Of a stretch of 64,000 nt of DNA, positions 48,801 through 62,162 are shown piece after piece. The translations under genes were made by a program, and so were the position numbers. Numbering within the stretch: position 1 is the first letter of the stretch; every line of letters begins with the position of its first letter. The DNA comes from Squalus acanthias (lineage: Eukaryota): contig CM059432.1 of NCBI GenBank assembly GCA_030390025.1, positions 34,288,001 to 34,352,000 on the forward strand. The letters run 5' to 3'. Under the pieces are notes generated by a model. The model had not been told where the DNA came from. It made no database searches and worked only from the letters and a program-made list of their open reading frames with translations.

Positions 48801-48844
48801 AATACTTTAGCTGGGGTCTAACAATTGATTTCTAAAAGTTTAAC

Positions 48845-50590
48845 ATGACTTGTTTTTATATTCTATGCCGCTGTTTATAAAGCCAAGGATCCTGTATGCT
48901 TTTTTAACAGCCATCTCAACTTGTCCTGCCACCTTCAAAGATTTATGTGCGTACACCCCCCAGGTGTCTCTGTTCCTGCACCCCTTCAAAATTGTATCAT
49001 TTTGTTTATATTGCTTCCTGCCAAAATGTGCCAAATGGATTTCAATGTAGGCAAATGTGAGGTTTGGAACTAAAAAGGATAAAACAGGGTACTTTTTAAA
49101 TGGTGAAAAGTTAAAAACAGTGGAGGTCCAAAGGGACTTGGGGGTCCAGGTCCATAGATCATTAAAATGTCATGAACAGGTACAGAAAATAATCAAAAAG
49201 GCTAATGGAATGCTGGCCTTTATATTTAGAGGACTAGAATACAAGGGGGTAGAAGTTATGCTGCAGCTATACAAAGCCCTGGTTAGACCACACCTGGAGT
49301 ACTGTGAGCAGTTCTGGGCACCACACCTCAGGAAGGATATATTGGCCTTGGAGGGAGTGCAATGTAGATTTATCAGAATGATACCTGGACTCCAAGAGTT
49401 AAATTATGAGGAGAGATTGCACAAATTAGGGTTGTATTCCCTGGAATTTAGAAGGTTAAGGGGTGATTTGATCAAAGTTTTCAAGATATTAAAGGGAATT
49501 GATAGAGTAGATGGAGAGAAACTACTTCCGCTGGTTGGGGAGTCTAGGACTAGGGGGCATAGTCTAAAAATTAGAGCCAGGCCTTTCAGGAGTGAAATTA
49601 GGAAACACTTCTACACACAAAGGGTGATATAAGTTTGGAACTCTCTTCCATGTTTGAATCCCTCCAATCATGTTTCCGCCCTTGCCACAGTACCAAAACG
49701 GCTCTCATCAAAGTCACAAATTACATCCTTTGTGACTGTGACAAAGGTAAACTATCCCTCCTCGTACTTCTTGAGTTATCCGCAGCCTTTGACACGGTTG
49801 ACCACTCCATCCTTCTCCAACGCCTCTCCACCGTCGTCCAGCTGGGTGAGACTGCACTCGCCTGGTTCTATTCTTATCTATCTAATCGTAGCCAGAGAAT
49901 CATCAGCAATGGCTCCTCCTTTACCGTGACATTGGCAGCATCCTCTTCTTTAGTGAAGACAGATGTAAAGTACTCATTTAGTACCTCAGCTATGCCCTCT
50001 GCCTCCACAAAAAGATCTTCTTTTTGGTTCTAATCGGCCCCACCTTTCCTTTGACTACCCTTTTACTATTTATATGTTTATAAAAGACTTTTGGGCTCCC
50101 TCTACTCTATTAACCTTTGCACAGATTTTGGTGTCATCTGCAAACTTACTCCCCACACTACTGTCCAAGTCATTAATAAAGACAGTGAACAGTAGCAGGC
50201 CTGGGGGATACCACTAGTAACGTGCCTCCAGGCTGAATCACACCGTTAGCTACAACTTTTTGGCTGTGGGATTGGAGCCAATTCCTAATCCAGTGTTTCA
50301 AATTCCGACTGAAGCTACAAGATTCTATCTGGTGAAGTAGCCTAGTGTGAGGTACCTTATCAAAGGCTGTCTGAAAGTTCAGGTAGACAATGTCGACCGG
50401 ATTTCCCTCACCCACTACCTAGTGACTTCCTTAAAAAAACTCTATCAAATTTGTAAGGCACAAACTATTTTTCCAGAAGTTGTGCTGTGAATTTCTAATA
50501 GTCCTTTCCCTTTCCCAGTGATCAAAAATCTCTTATGATCCCTTCTAGCATCTTCCCAATAATGGATGTCAGGCTAATAGGCTTGTAGCT
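48845..50590. mobile_element. Mosaic of LINE fragments: CR1(-), CR1(+) 49030-49648, L2 RT(+) 49650-49910, CR1(-) pieces
   Basis: CR1 C-terminal peptides; L2-type FRPCHSTKTALIKV..LSAAFDTVDHSILL. Confidence 0.82.
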
Positions 50591-51439
50591 ATGTGTGTTA
50601 TTCGCAATTCATGGGGTATCTCTTCCTCGCCACAAGTTGCTGGCCAATTTATACATTAATAACGGCATGCATCGTTCACGTTGCGTAGGGACTTCCAGGA
50701 TTTTGACCCAGTGATGATGAAGTAATGGCAATATTTGTCCGAATCAGGATGGTGTGTTTCTTGGAAAGGAACTTGGAGGTGATGGTGTTCCCATGCACCT
50801 GCTGCTCTTGTCCTGGTCTAATAGACTTTTCCTGTTTCTAAAAAAAAATTCTTATGTGTAGGGCAGTGAAACAGTTAAACGTTTGAGGGAAAAAAACTGA
50901 TAATGTTCTCAGTTAATCTCAGAGAAGGGAAACTACAGCTGCAGCCTGGGCCTTTGAAAGCCTCCTTTGCTCGTCCCATTCATGTTTATCAATCAGGTTT
51001 AATTTTAGGCTTTGATTTCCAAGGTTAAACGTGGTATAATGTTACATGCGGCGTGTCGGGTGCAATGCACCAATTTGGTGCCTTTTGCCTGAGAGGCACG
51101 CAGAAAGAATGCAAGGGCAGTATATCGTGACAGAATTCCAGGGATGGTTCAGGTGGGTGGCAGCTCTTCCAACAGGGAGCAGGCTGCGGGAGTGGAGGGG
51201 TGGGGGAGGTGGGGGAGAGCACAAAGGTGCAAATAGCAGCTCTTATCAGGCACTCTGTGGTGACCCAGAGAACACGCAGGCCTTTATATAAACCGTACAC
51301 CTAGTGGTTTCTCACGTCTGCTCAGGTGTTCTCACATTACTTAATTGCTCATTTTCCTCAAGTGTATAAGATTTTAGAATAACTCCATTCAGGGACTTGG
51401 TGTTCAGCCGAGTTCCACCTCAACACTGCTCCCTGTTGC

Positions 51440-51862
51440 TGTTTGTCTAACTCCCTCTCTTGCTGTCTCCTTTGTTTCTGTGTCCGCATATGTCTCTCTC
51501 TCCTTCATTGTCTGTCTGCCTGTCAGTATGTGTCTATACCTCACTGTCTGTATACGTGTGTCTCTCTCTCTCTGCCCTCTTACTGTCTGTCTCTGTCACT
51601 CTCTGCCTTGCTGTCTGTATGTATCTCTTTCTCCCCTATGTGTGTGTGTCTCCCTCCCACTTGCTGTCTCTGTGTATGTCTCTCTCCCCTCACAGTCTGT
51701 ATATGTGTGTCTCCCTCTCTCACTGTGTGTCTCTCTGACCTCTCACTGTCTGTATATGAGTCTCTTTTTCTCGCTGTCTGTCTCTGTGTGTGCCGCTTTC
51801 CCCTCACTGTCTGTATATGTGTGTCTCTCTCCCTCGCTGTCTCTCTCTCTCTGTCTCTCATG
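51440..51862. repeat. CT/GT-rich low-complexity tract
   Basis: tctc/tgtg/ctcactgtctgtat degenerate units. Confidence 0.88.
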
Positions 51863-53257
51863 CATGCAAACGTGCGTAAACTTGGTTTCTGCCGAACTTC
51901 CGCCAGGTGATAATATTCCACTGATATTCTGGAGTCTTTCACCTCATTACCTTTGGAGTAGGCTGGTGAAATATCACAGCCCTTCAAAACAGTTGGATAA
52001 GTATCTGATTGGGAAAGGGATTAAAGGTCATGGGTTCAGTTAAAAACAGATCATCAGATATTCCCTGGGGCATGGTCTCTTCGCCATTAGCCTGCAGTGG
52101 GTTAGAATGACTTGGGTGGCAATAACCCATTCTGTGAAGATAGCTATGGGATATTAAGTGGTGAAGTAGGCCAAGCACTGACCTTTCACCCTTGAGACTT
52201 GGACTTCAATCCAACCCTGACTGATTGGTTGTAAGTTTCCTCTATGTACTGCTTGTTTGGGTCTCAAGTGATATGAGTTTGGACAGCTTCAATCCATTGA
52301 TGTGACCAAAGCACAAAGAATCACAGAATCATACAGCACGGAAGGAGGCCTTTCGGCCCATCGTGCCTCTGCCAGCTCTTTGAAAGAGCTTTCTAATTAG
52401 TCCCACTCACACACTCTTTCCCCATAGCCATGCAAGTATTTCTTTTTCAAGTATACATCTCATTTCCTTTTGAAAAATAAAGGGAAGCTGCCCCTAATTC
52501 TGCATCAAAGCAGCACACCCACTCAGAGTTACCAATACAGGAAGTGGAAAAAATGATACAGTGGTGACACAGAGCACTCTTCTGAGACTGGGGCTGAGTA
52601 GAGGGAGTTTTATAACATGTGCTTTATGTTAACAGTGGATGCCTCCAATGTGAATATGTCCCATTCCCCACCACTAGCATTACTCACCTTGGGTGAGAAG
52701 TTCACTAAGAAAAAACCTGCACTTCCAATATTGATTGGAAGTTAGTGTTTGGAATACTGGAAAGGAAAAAAATAGCTTAACTTTTTGAAGGGGTTTCCTT
52801 AGCATGAAAAAAACACCTTGCAAGCCTTTTATTAATCGAGAAGGATTACCCGATGTACAGACTTAAGTCATGTCGCATTACATCGTCACATCATCCTGGC
52901 CTGAACACGATAGCAAAAATGAGACATGGGGATCATTTTAGCCTCACCCGTAAAATCGGGAGGGGTGTAAAACGAACGGCCGATCCGATCCCGTCAGTTG
53001 CCCTCTGGTTGGGTTGGGTTAAATTTACCCCCCAAGCCCCCCACCCCACATGGTACTGACAAAATGTGCCTGTTAAACATTTTTGCTTCATGAAGCTGCC
53101 CTCCTCTTTCCCCGACGCTGCTCCTTCCTCACTCACTGCTGCTCTGTGTTGCTGCTCCTTCCCCACTCACTGCTGCTCTGTTCTGCTGCTTTCTGCCTCC
53201 GTCTCACTGCTGCCATTCCAGCCTGCATCAATAAGGAGGGCCAGTCCAGGAAACTTG

Positions 53258-54390
53258 CAAAGTTGAAGCCCATGGAATAAAAGGGACAGTGGCAGCATGG
53301 ATACGAAATTGGCTAAGTGACAGGTAACAGAGAGTAGTGGTGAACGGTTGATTTTCGGACTGGAGGAAGATATACACTGGTGTTCCCCAGGGGTCAGTAC
53401 TAGGACCACTGCTTTTCTTGATATATATTAATGACTTGGACGTGGGAGTACAGGGCACAATTTCAAAATTTGCGGATGACACAAAACTTGGAAGTATAGT
53501 GAACAGTGAGGAGGATAGGGATAGACTTCAGGAAGACATAGACAGGCTGGTGAAATGGGCGGACACATGGCAGATGAAATTTAATGCAGAAAAATGCGAA
53601 GTGATACATTTTGGTAGGAAGAACGAGGAGAGGCAATGTAAACTAAAGGGTACAATCCTAAAGGGGGTGCATGAACAGAGAGACCTGGGAGTATATGTAC
53701 ACAAATCGTTGAAGGTGGCAGGGCAGGTTGAAAAAGTGATTTAAAAAGTGTACGGGATCCTGGACTTCATAAATAGAGGCATAGAGTGCAAAAGCAAGGA
53801 AGTTATGATGAACCTTTATAAAACACTGGTTTGGCCTCAATTGGAGTATTGTGTCCAATTCTGGGCACCGCACTTTAGGAAGGACGTGAAGGCCTTAGAG
53901 AAGTTGCAGAAAAGATTTACGAGAATGATTCCAGGGATGAGGGTCTTCAGTTATGTGGATAGACGAGAGAAGCTGGGGTTGTTCTCCTTAGAGCAAAGAA
54001 GTTTGAAAGGAGATTTGATAGAGGTGTTCAAAATCATGACGGGTCTAGACCGAGTAGATAGAGTGAAATTGTTCCCATTGACAGAAGGGTCGAGAACCAG
54101 AGGACACAGATTTAAGGTGATTGGCAGAAGAACCAAAGGCGACATGAGGAAAACTTTTTTACTCAGCGAGTGATTAGGATCTGGAATGCAATGCCTGAAA
54201 GGATGGTGGAGGGAGACTCAATCGTGGCTATCAAAGGGAATTGGATAAGTACCTGAAGGAAAAAAATTTGCAGGGCTACGGGGAAAGGGCGGTAGAGTGG
54301 GACTAGCTGAAGTGCTCTTGTAGAGAGCTGGCACGGGCTCGACGGGCCGAATGGCCTCCTTCTGTGCTGTAACCATTCTATGATTCTATG
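53258..54390 (+). mobile_element. 5'-truncated CR1, same subfamily as 21575-25022
   Basis: PQGSVLGP, FADD, YCVQFWAP; (attctatg)n tail. Confidence 0.92.
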
Positions 54391-54489
54391 AACTTAAGCA
54401 AGTCACCAGCAGACCTATGTGGACAGGTTAGATGTCCTGCCTCACCATTAATCATCCAATGGGAGAAGAATCTAGCCCAACCTGTTCTA

Positions 54490-54832
54490 CTGCCCATAAT
54501 AGTAAAATTGTTTCTCCTAACCCCTCCCAGAGTTATTCTGGTGATGATCTTAAAGTTATGAACTCTAGTTACTGAGTCACCAACCAGTGCAAATAGTTTT
54601 TCCCAATTTACCTCCATCAAAACCCTTCCTAATTCTGAACACTTCTATCAGATCTCCTCTTAACTTTCTCTATCCTAGTGAAAAGAGCTCCAGTTTTTCT
54701 AGTCTCTCCTCATAACTAAATCCTCTCAACCCTGGTATCGTAGCAACTCTCTTCTTGCACCCTCTCCATGGCCTTGACATATTTCCTAAAGTAGGGCATC
54801 CAAACTGGACACAATGCTCTAACTGTGGCCTA
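54490..54832 (-). mobile_element. Old CR1 fragment
   Basis: EKLFALVG.SVTRVHNFKI peptide. Confidence 0.7.
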
Positions 54833-55092
54833 TGAAGGACAGCAGTTCAAGGAGTCACAGCATGTTTAAATGTAACAGCCTAAGGGTTAAAAAGTTTATA
54901 ATAAAAGATAGTGAACTTCCTGTAAACTCCCAACACTAACTTGTCTCATAATTTGATTTTACAAATCTCACTGTTGTATTAAAACTATTGCGAGACACAT
55001 TCGCAGGTTGATAGTACCCTGCCCCTCTCCCATGTAAGATAGCCAGTCAAACTTTTGTCTTAAAGGCGCAGTACCATACCAAAGTAGACATC

Positions 55093-55437
55093 TTTTATTT
55101 ATTCATTCTTGGGATGTGGTCGTCACTGGCATTACTGATCATCCTTAGAACTGAGTGGCTTACGAGGCTGATTCAGAGTCAACCACATCTGTGTGGGACT
55201 GATGTCACATATCGACCAGACCGGGTAAGGACAGCAGGTTTCTTTCGCTAAAGGACATTAGTGAAACAGATGGGTTTTTACGACAATCTGTCATCTTCAT
55301 GGTCACTTTTACTGATACCAGCTTTTTATTTCGAGATTTAAAAAAAACCTGAATTCTAATTCTCAAACTGCCATGGTGGAATTGTGAACTCAGTTTCTCT
55401 GGATTACTGGTCCAGTAACATAACTACTTGACTACTG
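55093..55437 (-). mobile_element. SINE-like derivative of family A with a very short tail
   Basis: Head gttatgttactggacc, body, then cacatcccaagaatgaataaataaaa. Confidence 0.78.
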
Positions 55438-56112
55438 TGACCATTTTATTTATGATTGACAAGTCGGTAATTGCTTGCCGAAAGCCCGTTCGGTTCCTGA
55501 TAGATTTGCATTAAGCAGGCATGAGAATGATTGAGGAACATAAATCAATAGGTTTTTTTTGCATTCTTAATTTTTTTCTTCCAATTTTCTCCTCTCCTGA
55601 AGGTGCTAAGTCATTGTGGGGTACCTCAACCCGATGCCTGTTCTTTGGCCTAGAACTTCTTTGCCATTTTCAGCCTAACTACAGCATAAGAGCCGATTTT
55701 TAGGCGAGGGAAGTCGAACGTTACTAATTTACCCCAAACCCTCTCATTTGTATAGGCTTACCCCATGCAAAAAAATGTAGCTCACGTGAGTTTCCTGCGT
55801 TTAGGCCAATAATGTGCTAGCCTGGATTTACGCCTGTATATTTAGGTGCAGTATGGCCCAAAGGCACCTGATATCTGATTTTTTTTCCATGTTTAAAAAA
55901 AAATTCTTACTGTGGTCTGCACTGTACTTACTCCATCTCAGTGCACCCAAAACTTTTTGGATACCCGCCCCACACATTCAGAAGGACCAAGCAGCTGGAG
56001 TGGCCTTCCCAATGGGTATTCCCAATGAGCTTTCCCGATGGGCCTTTCCAATGGTTATACCCCTGTTCTGCATAATGACGGAAGAGGAGCAGCAGAAGCA
56101 AGTGGCAAGAGA

Positions 56113-56446
56113 GTTTTTTTTATTCATTCATGGGATGTGGGGGTCGCTGGCAAGGCCACCATTTATTGCCCATCCCTAGTTGCCCTTGAGAAGGTGGTGG
56201 TGAGCTGCCTTCTTGAACCGCTGCAGTCCGTGTGGTGAAGGTGCTCCCATAGTGCTGTTAGGGAGGGAGTTCCAGGATTTTGACCCAGCGACGATGAAGG
56301 ATCAGCGATATATTTCCAAGTCAGGATGGTGTGTGACTTGGAGGGGAACTTGCAGGTGGTGGCGTTCCCATGTGCCTGCTGCCCTTGCCTTTCTAGGTGG
56401 TAGAGGTCGCGGGTTTGGCGGGTGCTGTTGAAGAAATTTGGCAAGT
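56113..56446 (-). mobile_element. Family A LINE 3' fragment inside a probable MITE (about 55690-56650)
   Basis: Matches about 1058-1390. Confidence 0.88.
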
Positions 56447-57107
56447 GAGGCACAATGGCAGATGGCAGCAGCCCACTTGCTGTCACCCGTATTGGTGGCG
56501 CTGCGTTTGCACTTGGTTTACTCTGGTTTAAAGGTCCGGCATAGGCAGATGAGCACCACAGGAAACTTAGGCACAAGTTCCCTTTGGTAAAATCAGTGTA
56601 AAAACCGGCGTAAATGTTGGCGTAAATGGGATAGAGGAAATTCTTGGCCTTCACGTATGACCCCAGGCATCAGTGTGTCATCAGCAGGTTAATTAACTGT
56701 TGAAGGCCTGAGGAAACCCTGCGCTAACTGACACTGACAAAAAAATTCGCTACTTTATTTTGTGCAGTTTTAAAACCGCTAGTGTTTAAATGGAAGCTTT
56801 CTTTCCATACAAGTTAAAAATAAGGGTGAGGCGAGAAAGGGGCTGTACATCCTCTTTGAATCCAGGCAACGTTCAGTTCTGAGGGACTGTGCTGAGGAAG
56901 TGGCGGGGGAGGGGGGGGCTGCGGACCGGATATTTCAAGTCTCCACCCCTTTAATGCTACCCCAGGATTCTCTGGCATACCCAAATTCACGTCTCTAGGC
57001 CAACAGATGGGGTGGGTGAGGGCGTTCTCGATTTTATCCCTTTGTTTCCTCTTCATTGGGCACCCAAAGAAACCCAGTGGTGGCAATTGTGCTAGGACCA
57101 TGTTTCG

Positions 57108-58199
57108 CAGGTCTCTGGAGGAGGTCCCAGCAGCAACTTAATGATTCATGGACCCTCCTTGACAGGTCTCTGGAGGAGGTCCCAGCAGCAGTTCAATGAT
57201 TCATGGACCATCCTTGGCAGGTCTCTGGAGGAGGTCCCAGCAGCAACTCAATGATTCATGGACCCTCCTTGGCAGGTCTCTGGAGGAGGTCCCAGCAGCA
57301 ACTCAATGATTCATGGACCCTCCTTGGCAGGTCTCTGGAGGAGGTCCCAGCAGCAACTCAATGATTCATGGACCTCCTTGGCAGGTCTCTGGAGGAGGTC
57401 CCAGCAGCAGTTCAACGATTCATGGACCTTCCTTGGCAGGTCTCTGGAGGAGGTCCCAGCAGCAGTTCAATGATTCATGGACCATCCTTGGCAGGTCTCT
57501 GGAGGAGGTCCCAGCAGCAGTTCAATGATTCATGGACCCTCCTTGGCAGGTCTCTGTGGGAGGTCCCAGCAGCAGTTCAATGATTTGTGGACTTCCTTGG
57601 CAGGTCTCTGGAGGAGGTCCCAGCAGCAGTTCAATGATTCATGGACCATTCATGGCAGGTCTCTGGAGGAGGTCCCAGCAGCAACTCAACGATTCATGGA
57701 CCATTCATGGCAGGTCTCTGGAGGAGGGCCCAGCAGCAACTCAATGATTCATGAACCCTCCTTGGCAGGTCTCTGGGGGAGGTCCCAGCAGCAACTCAAT
57801 GATTCATGGACCTTCCTTGGCAGGTCTCTGGGGGAGGTCCCAGCAGCAACTCAATGATTCATGGACCTTCCTTGGCAGGTCTCTGGAGGAGGTCCCAGCA
57901 GCAGTTCAATGATTCATGGACCCTCCTTGACAGGTCTCTGGAGGAGGTCCCAACAGCAGTTCAATGATTCATGGACCTTCCTTGGCAGGTCTCTGGAGGA
58001 GGTCCCAGCAGCAACTCAATGATTCATGGACCCTCCTTGCCAGGTCTCTGGAGGAGGTCCCAGCAGCAACTCAATGATTCATGGACCTTCCTTGGCAGGT
58101 CTCTGGAGGAGGTCCCAGCAGCAGTTCAATGATTCATGGACCCTCCTTGGCAGGTCTCTGGAGGAGGTCCCAGCAGTAGTTCAATGATTCATGGACCCT
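57108..58199 (+). repeat. 55-bp minisatellite, about 20 copies
   Basis: Unit gcaggtctctggaggaggtcccagcagcaactcaatgattcatggaccctccttg. Confidence 0.97.
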
Positions 58200-59428
58200 T
58201 CAGTTGCCCAAAGGTCTAAGTGCCGGCAGGGGGATTGGAGCAGCAATTCACGAGGGGGGCTAATCGCAAGGACTGTGAATTCGGAGGAGCACTCCTGCTG
58301 CTCCTGACTCCACAGGAACGCTTTTTTAATATTTTTCTGCTGGCGGCTGATCCTTAGTCCGCCGCAGCAATTGAAGAATCCTGAGCGGGTCTAGACCAGC
58401 TGGGGCTCCACTCATCAGAACCCCAATTCCCAGAGGGATCCTTAAACATGTGATAGGTCCCTCATTAACATATGCAAGGGGCCTAATGCCAGTTATAGGC
58501 AGTAATCCAGGACACCTAAAAAATGAACCTGGTAAATTTAGCAGTGGCTCGAATGCATGCACAGATTGGTCCCATTACTAACGTCATAGTTGCACCAATT
58601 TTAGGCCCAAAAACCAATTTGAATCCACCATGTGAAATATCTAATTCATCCATTCACCTTCCCTCTTCTCTAAGCTTCATCCCATGCCTATTACTGTTTT
58701 TGTGAGCACAATAAACTGTTTCGCAAGATTCAACCTGTTGATGACGTTAAGGATCTTGAATTGGTCCCGTGAGAGGAAATATTGTTATGGGAGAAAACTT
58801 GAACTGTAACACTGACATCCTGCGCTTAAAATGATCAGTAGCAGTAACCCTGGCTGAGTTTTTTTTCCTGCCCCAGAGATGCTGAAGTCAATTGTTGTGC
58901 CTAAGCTGAGATCAGCTAACTCCGCACAGGTATCAAACCTGGGATCATCCAATAATGTGTGGCTTAGATGGTGCATTTACCCACTGAACCATTTGGGCAT
59001 CCAGTTTTAGCAGCTTGCTTATGAGAAATGGGAATAAATGGAAATATAGACATGGCATTTAAATTTCTGCCAATGTTCAGGTAGCCTAGTGCACCATGGC
59101 AGAGAAACACATGTTAAGACCCCAATCTTGACTGAGTGCTGTTAGGGGGAGTGTTGAGACAGGGACTCTGAAGGCAGGTAACTAGCTTAAACATCCATTC
59201 CCTCCACCATTGGCGTACCATGACTGTAGTGTGCACTATCTACAGGAATTCGCCAAAAGCTTCTTCGGCAGCACCCCCCAGACCCACGACCTCCAAGACC
59301 TGGACAGACAAGCGCAACAGGTGCATTTGGGGGTTAGAATACAATTGATTTCTTTCATCTGGTTAGCTCTCCTCACCCCATGAACCATACCTTGTCAAGG
59401 AGGCTGCCAATAATTGTCCTCAAGTCAA

Positions 59429-60019
59429 ATGGAGAATAGATTGTTTCTGCATGGTAGATCTTCTCCAGGTGGTGTACATGGTAGATCTTCTGCAAGTGAT
59501 GCACCTTCTCCATGTGGTAGATCTTCTCCAAATGACAGACCTTCTCCGTGTGGTAGATCTTGTCCAAGTAACAGATATTCTCCAGGCAGCAGATCTTCTG
59601 CAAGTGCTGTACCTTCTCCAGGTGGTAGATCTTCTCCAAGTGACAGACTTTCTCCGTGTGGTACATCTTCTCAAGATGGTAGGTCTCCAAGTGAGGATCC
59701 GCCTCCAGTTGGTACATCTTTTCCAGGTGGAGGATCTTTTCCAAGTGACGAAACTTCTCCAGTTGGTACATCTTCTCCAAGTGATGGATCGTCTCCAGAT
59801 GGTACATATTCTCCAGGTGGTAGATCTTCTCCAAGTGACAGACCTTCCCCAGTTAGTAGATCTTCTCCAGGTAGATCTTCTCCAAGTGACAGACCATCTT
59901 CAGGTGCTAAATCGTCCCCAGTTGGTACATCTTCTCTAGGGGGTAGATCTTCTCCAAGTGGCAGATCTTTTCCAAGTGATAGATCATCTGCAAGGGTATA
60001 TCTTGGATCACCTGAGTGA
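59429..60019 (+). CDS. Candidate Ser/Pro/Gly/Arg-rich repetitive ORF or exon (unverified)
   Basis: ATG 59429 to TGA 60019 is open across the whole array; unit-length variants are whole codons. Confidence 0.3.
   Translation: MENRLFLHGRSSPGGVHGRSSASDAPSPCGRSSPNDRPSPCGRSCPSNRYSPGSRSSASAVPSPGGRSSPSDRLSPCGTSSQDGRSPSEDPPPVGTSFPGGGSFPSDETSPVGTSSPSDGSSPDGTYSPGGRSSPSDRPSPVSRSSPGRSSPSDRPSSGAKSSPVGTSSLGGRSSPSGRSFPSDRSSARVYLGSPE
59450..60000. repeat. Degenerate 18-bp tandem repeat (ggtagatcttctcca[a/g]gt)
   Basis: About 30 diverged units; reads GRSSPS, VVDLLQ or (minus) HLEKIY. Confidence 0.9.
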
Positions 60020-61044
60020 TATCACTGCCACCTCTCATAGACACGCCTAATTCCTACAAGGATTCCAAGTATCCTGCAGTGGCTGCCAGCTTCTCTTTTG
60101 CTTTATCTCCTTTCCTCTAACTAGCCTCTCTGACTCATTCTTATAATTATTCCATTGAACTTTATCTTGTCTTCCCTCCTCCCACCCTCCTCCTGCCACC
60201 CTTTCAGTTCCTTACCACTTAATTCTTATTTCTTTTCTGAGTTTGTTTCTCTCCTACTCTTCTTAACTATGGTGGTGCCCTGGGCTGTGGGCCTTGACCG
60301 TTCACCCAGGAATCTCAATTTTAACAAAACATCAGGAGCACCAGAGTCTTAGAACCTGTCACTTCCAACCTTACTCTGTCATAGTTCATGACAAATGACC
60401 AGCTGCCTGAGATACTAGATGGCAGCTGGGCCGCCTGCAGTAGTGCTGCAGCATATGTCTGCACCTTCAGGAGAGGAGCAGTGCAATTTGAAGGGGGAAA
60501 GATGGTGCAAAATGCTTGGAAAAACCTAATAAGGTGAGAAGAAAAAAGAAAGCTTTAAAGCGTTCATAAAATATTTTGTATGGTGAAAAAGGCAGTCCTT
60601 TTCGATATAATTATTCTTGTTATGATTATTCCTGGTGAAGTGAGACAGGAGTTGACAAATTAATGCTTCACCTTTTAAAAGAAAAATCAAAGCATTACAT
60701 CAAGGAGTTCTGCTTACTTCAGAATCAAACATTCACTCATTGCTTTGATAGATGAAGAAGACAGAAGCTGTTTTGACAAAGTTCGATATTTTATGGCTGA
60801 GGACTATACCTTACAGGGAAACTCCAGATTGCTTTTGATGTGCAATGCTGACCACGGCCTAGTTTTCTGCCTGACACACCATTTTTTTGATGTGTATAAT
60901 AGTTTGCTGTTGGTCTGTCACATTGATCAATGGCAGATTAGCAGCTATATCCACCCATTCCCAATTTCCTGATTCAAGCACCGACACTTGATCTCCACCA
61001 TAGATATGGGTCACAGGATGACAACCAGGAGTAGGAAGCTGAGT

Positions 61045-61212
61045 CAAAATTTGGGAACTCCCTACCTAACAGCATTGTAGAAGTATCTTCACCAAATGGA
61101 CTTCAGTGGTGCAAGATGAAGGCTCACCACCACCTTCTCAAGGGTAACTAGGGATGGGCAATAAATGGTGGCCTTGCCAGTGATGCCAATATCATGAGAA
61201 TGAATATAAAAA
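61045..61212 (+). mobile_element. Family A 3' tail fragment
   Basis: caccaccaccttctcaagggtaactagggatgggcaataaa. Confidence 0.8.
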
Positions 61213-61777
61213 TGCTGGGTTGATTTTTTTTTGCCCTCACTAGCCTAGCAACATTGATGTAGTGCTACTGGTTGGTCCCCACCTGGGAACCATTCCACTC
61301 CATTCTCCAAATAGCAATCCTGGGAGATTCCAGACAACGTCTCTCCAGATTTTTTGAGACACAGAAATTCATTCAACATCCCAGTGATCGTCCCTGTTCA
61401 TTTGAACTCAGTAGGGTTCAGTTGCCAGGGAACTTTCATCTAAGGAGGGTGATAGCCGGTATAATTGGCAGTCGTGCTGGTGAACCCCCAGCCAGGGAAG
61501 GAGTCAAAGTGCCAACTTCCTATCCAGCTGGGGAATTAAAAGAACAGAGAGAAACATATGGACCAGGAATTTGCTCGAAGCTGCTCCTGCTCTTCCACCA
61601 TTACATCACCAGACGTGCATTTACGCACATCAGCACGGTTTTCTCTGCGCTTCCGGTGAAGTTACGGCAGCAGAGCGTGAACAGCTCGGAGGAAATTACC
61701 AGCCATGGTCTGGGTCAGTTCGTTAAGGAGTGGAAAGGGAGCCCCACCTAGCGAGAGGAAATACACTCTTCTTCACT

Positions 61778-62162
61778 CTGGGGTTGTTCTCCTTAGAGCA
61801 GAGAAGGTTGAGAGGAGATTTGATAGAGGTGTTCAAAATCATGAGGGGTCTGGACAGAGTAGAGAGGGAGAAACTGTTCCCATTGGCGGAAGGGTCGAGA
61901 ACCAGGGGACACAGATTTAAGGTGATTGGCAGAAGAACCAAAGGCGACATGAGGAAAAACATTTTGACTCAGCGAATGGTTAGGATCTGGAATGCACTGC
62001 CTGAAAGAGTGGTGGAGGCAGACTCAATCACGGCTTTCAAAAGGGAGTTGGATAAGTACCGGAAGGAAAAAAATTTGCAGGGCTACAAGGAAAGGGAGGG
62101 AGAGTGGGACTAGCTGAAGTGCTCTCCTTCTGTGCTGTAACCATTCTATGATTCTATGATTC
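61778..62162 (+). mobile_element. CR1 3' fragment
   Basis: GLFSLEQRRLRGDLIEVFK; (attctatg)n tail. Confidence 0.9.

Noticed and set aside
51443..52043. Cys/Leu/Ser/Val-rich ORFs
   Set aside because: Translation of a CT/GT low-complexity tract.
57108..58199. CRISPR-like array
   Set aside because: Units are contiguous with no unique spacers, there are no cas genes, and the context is eukaryotic.
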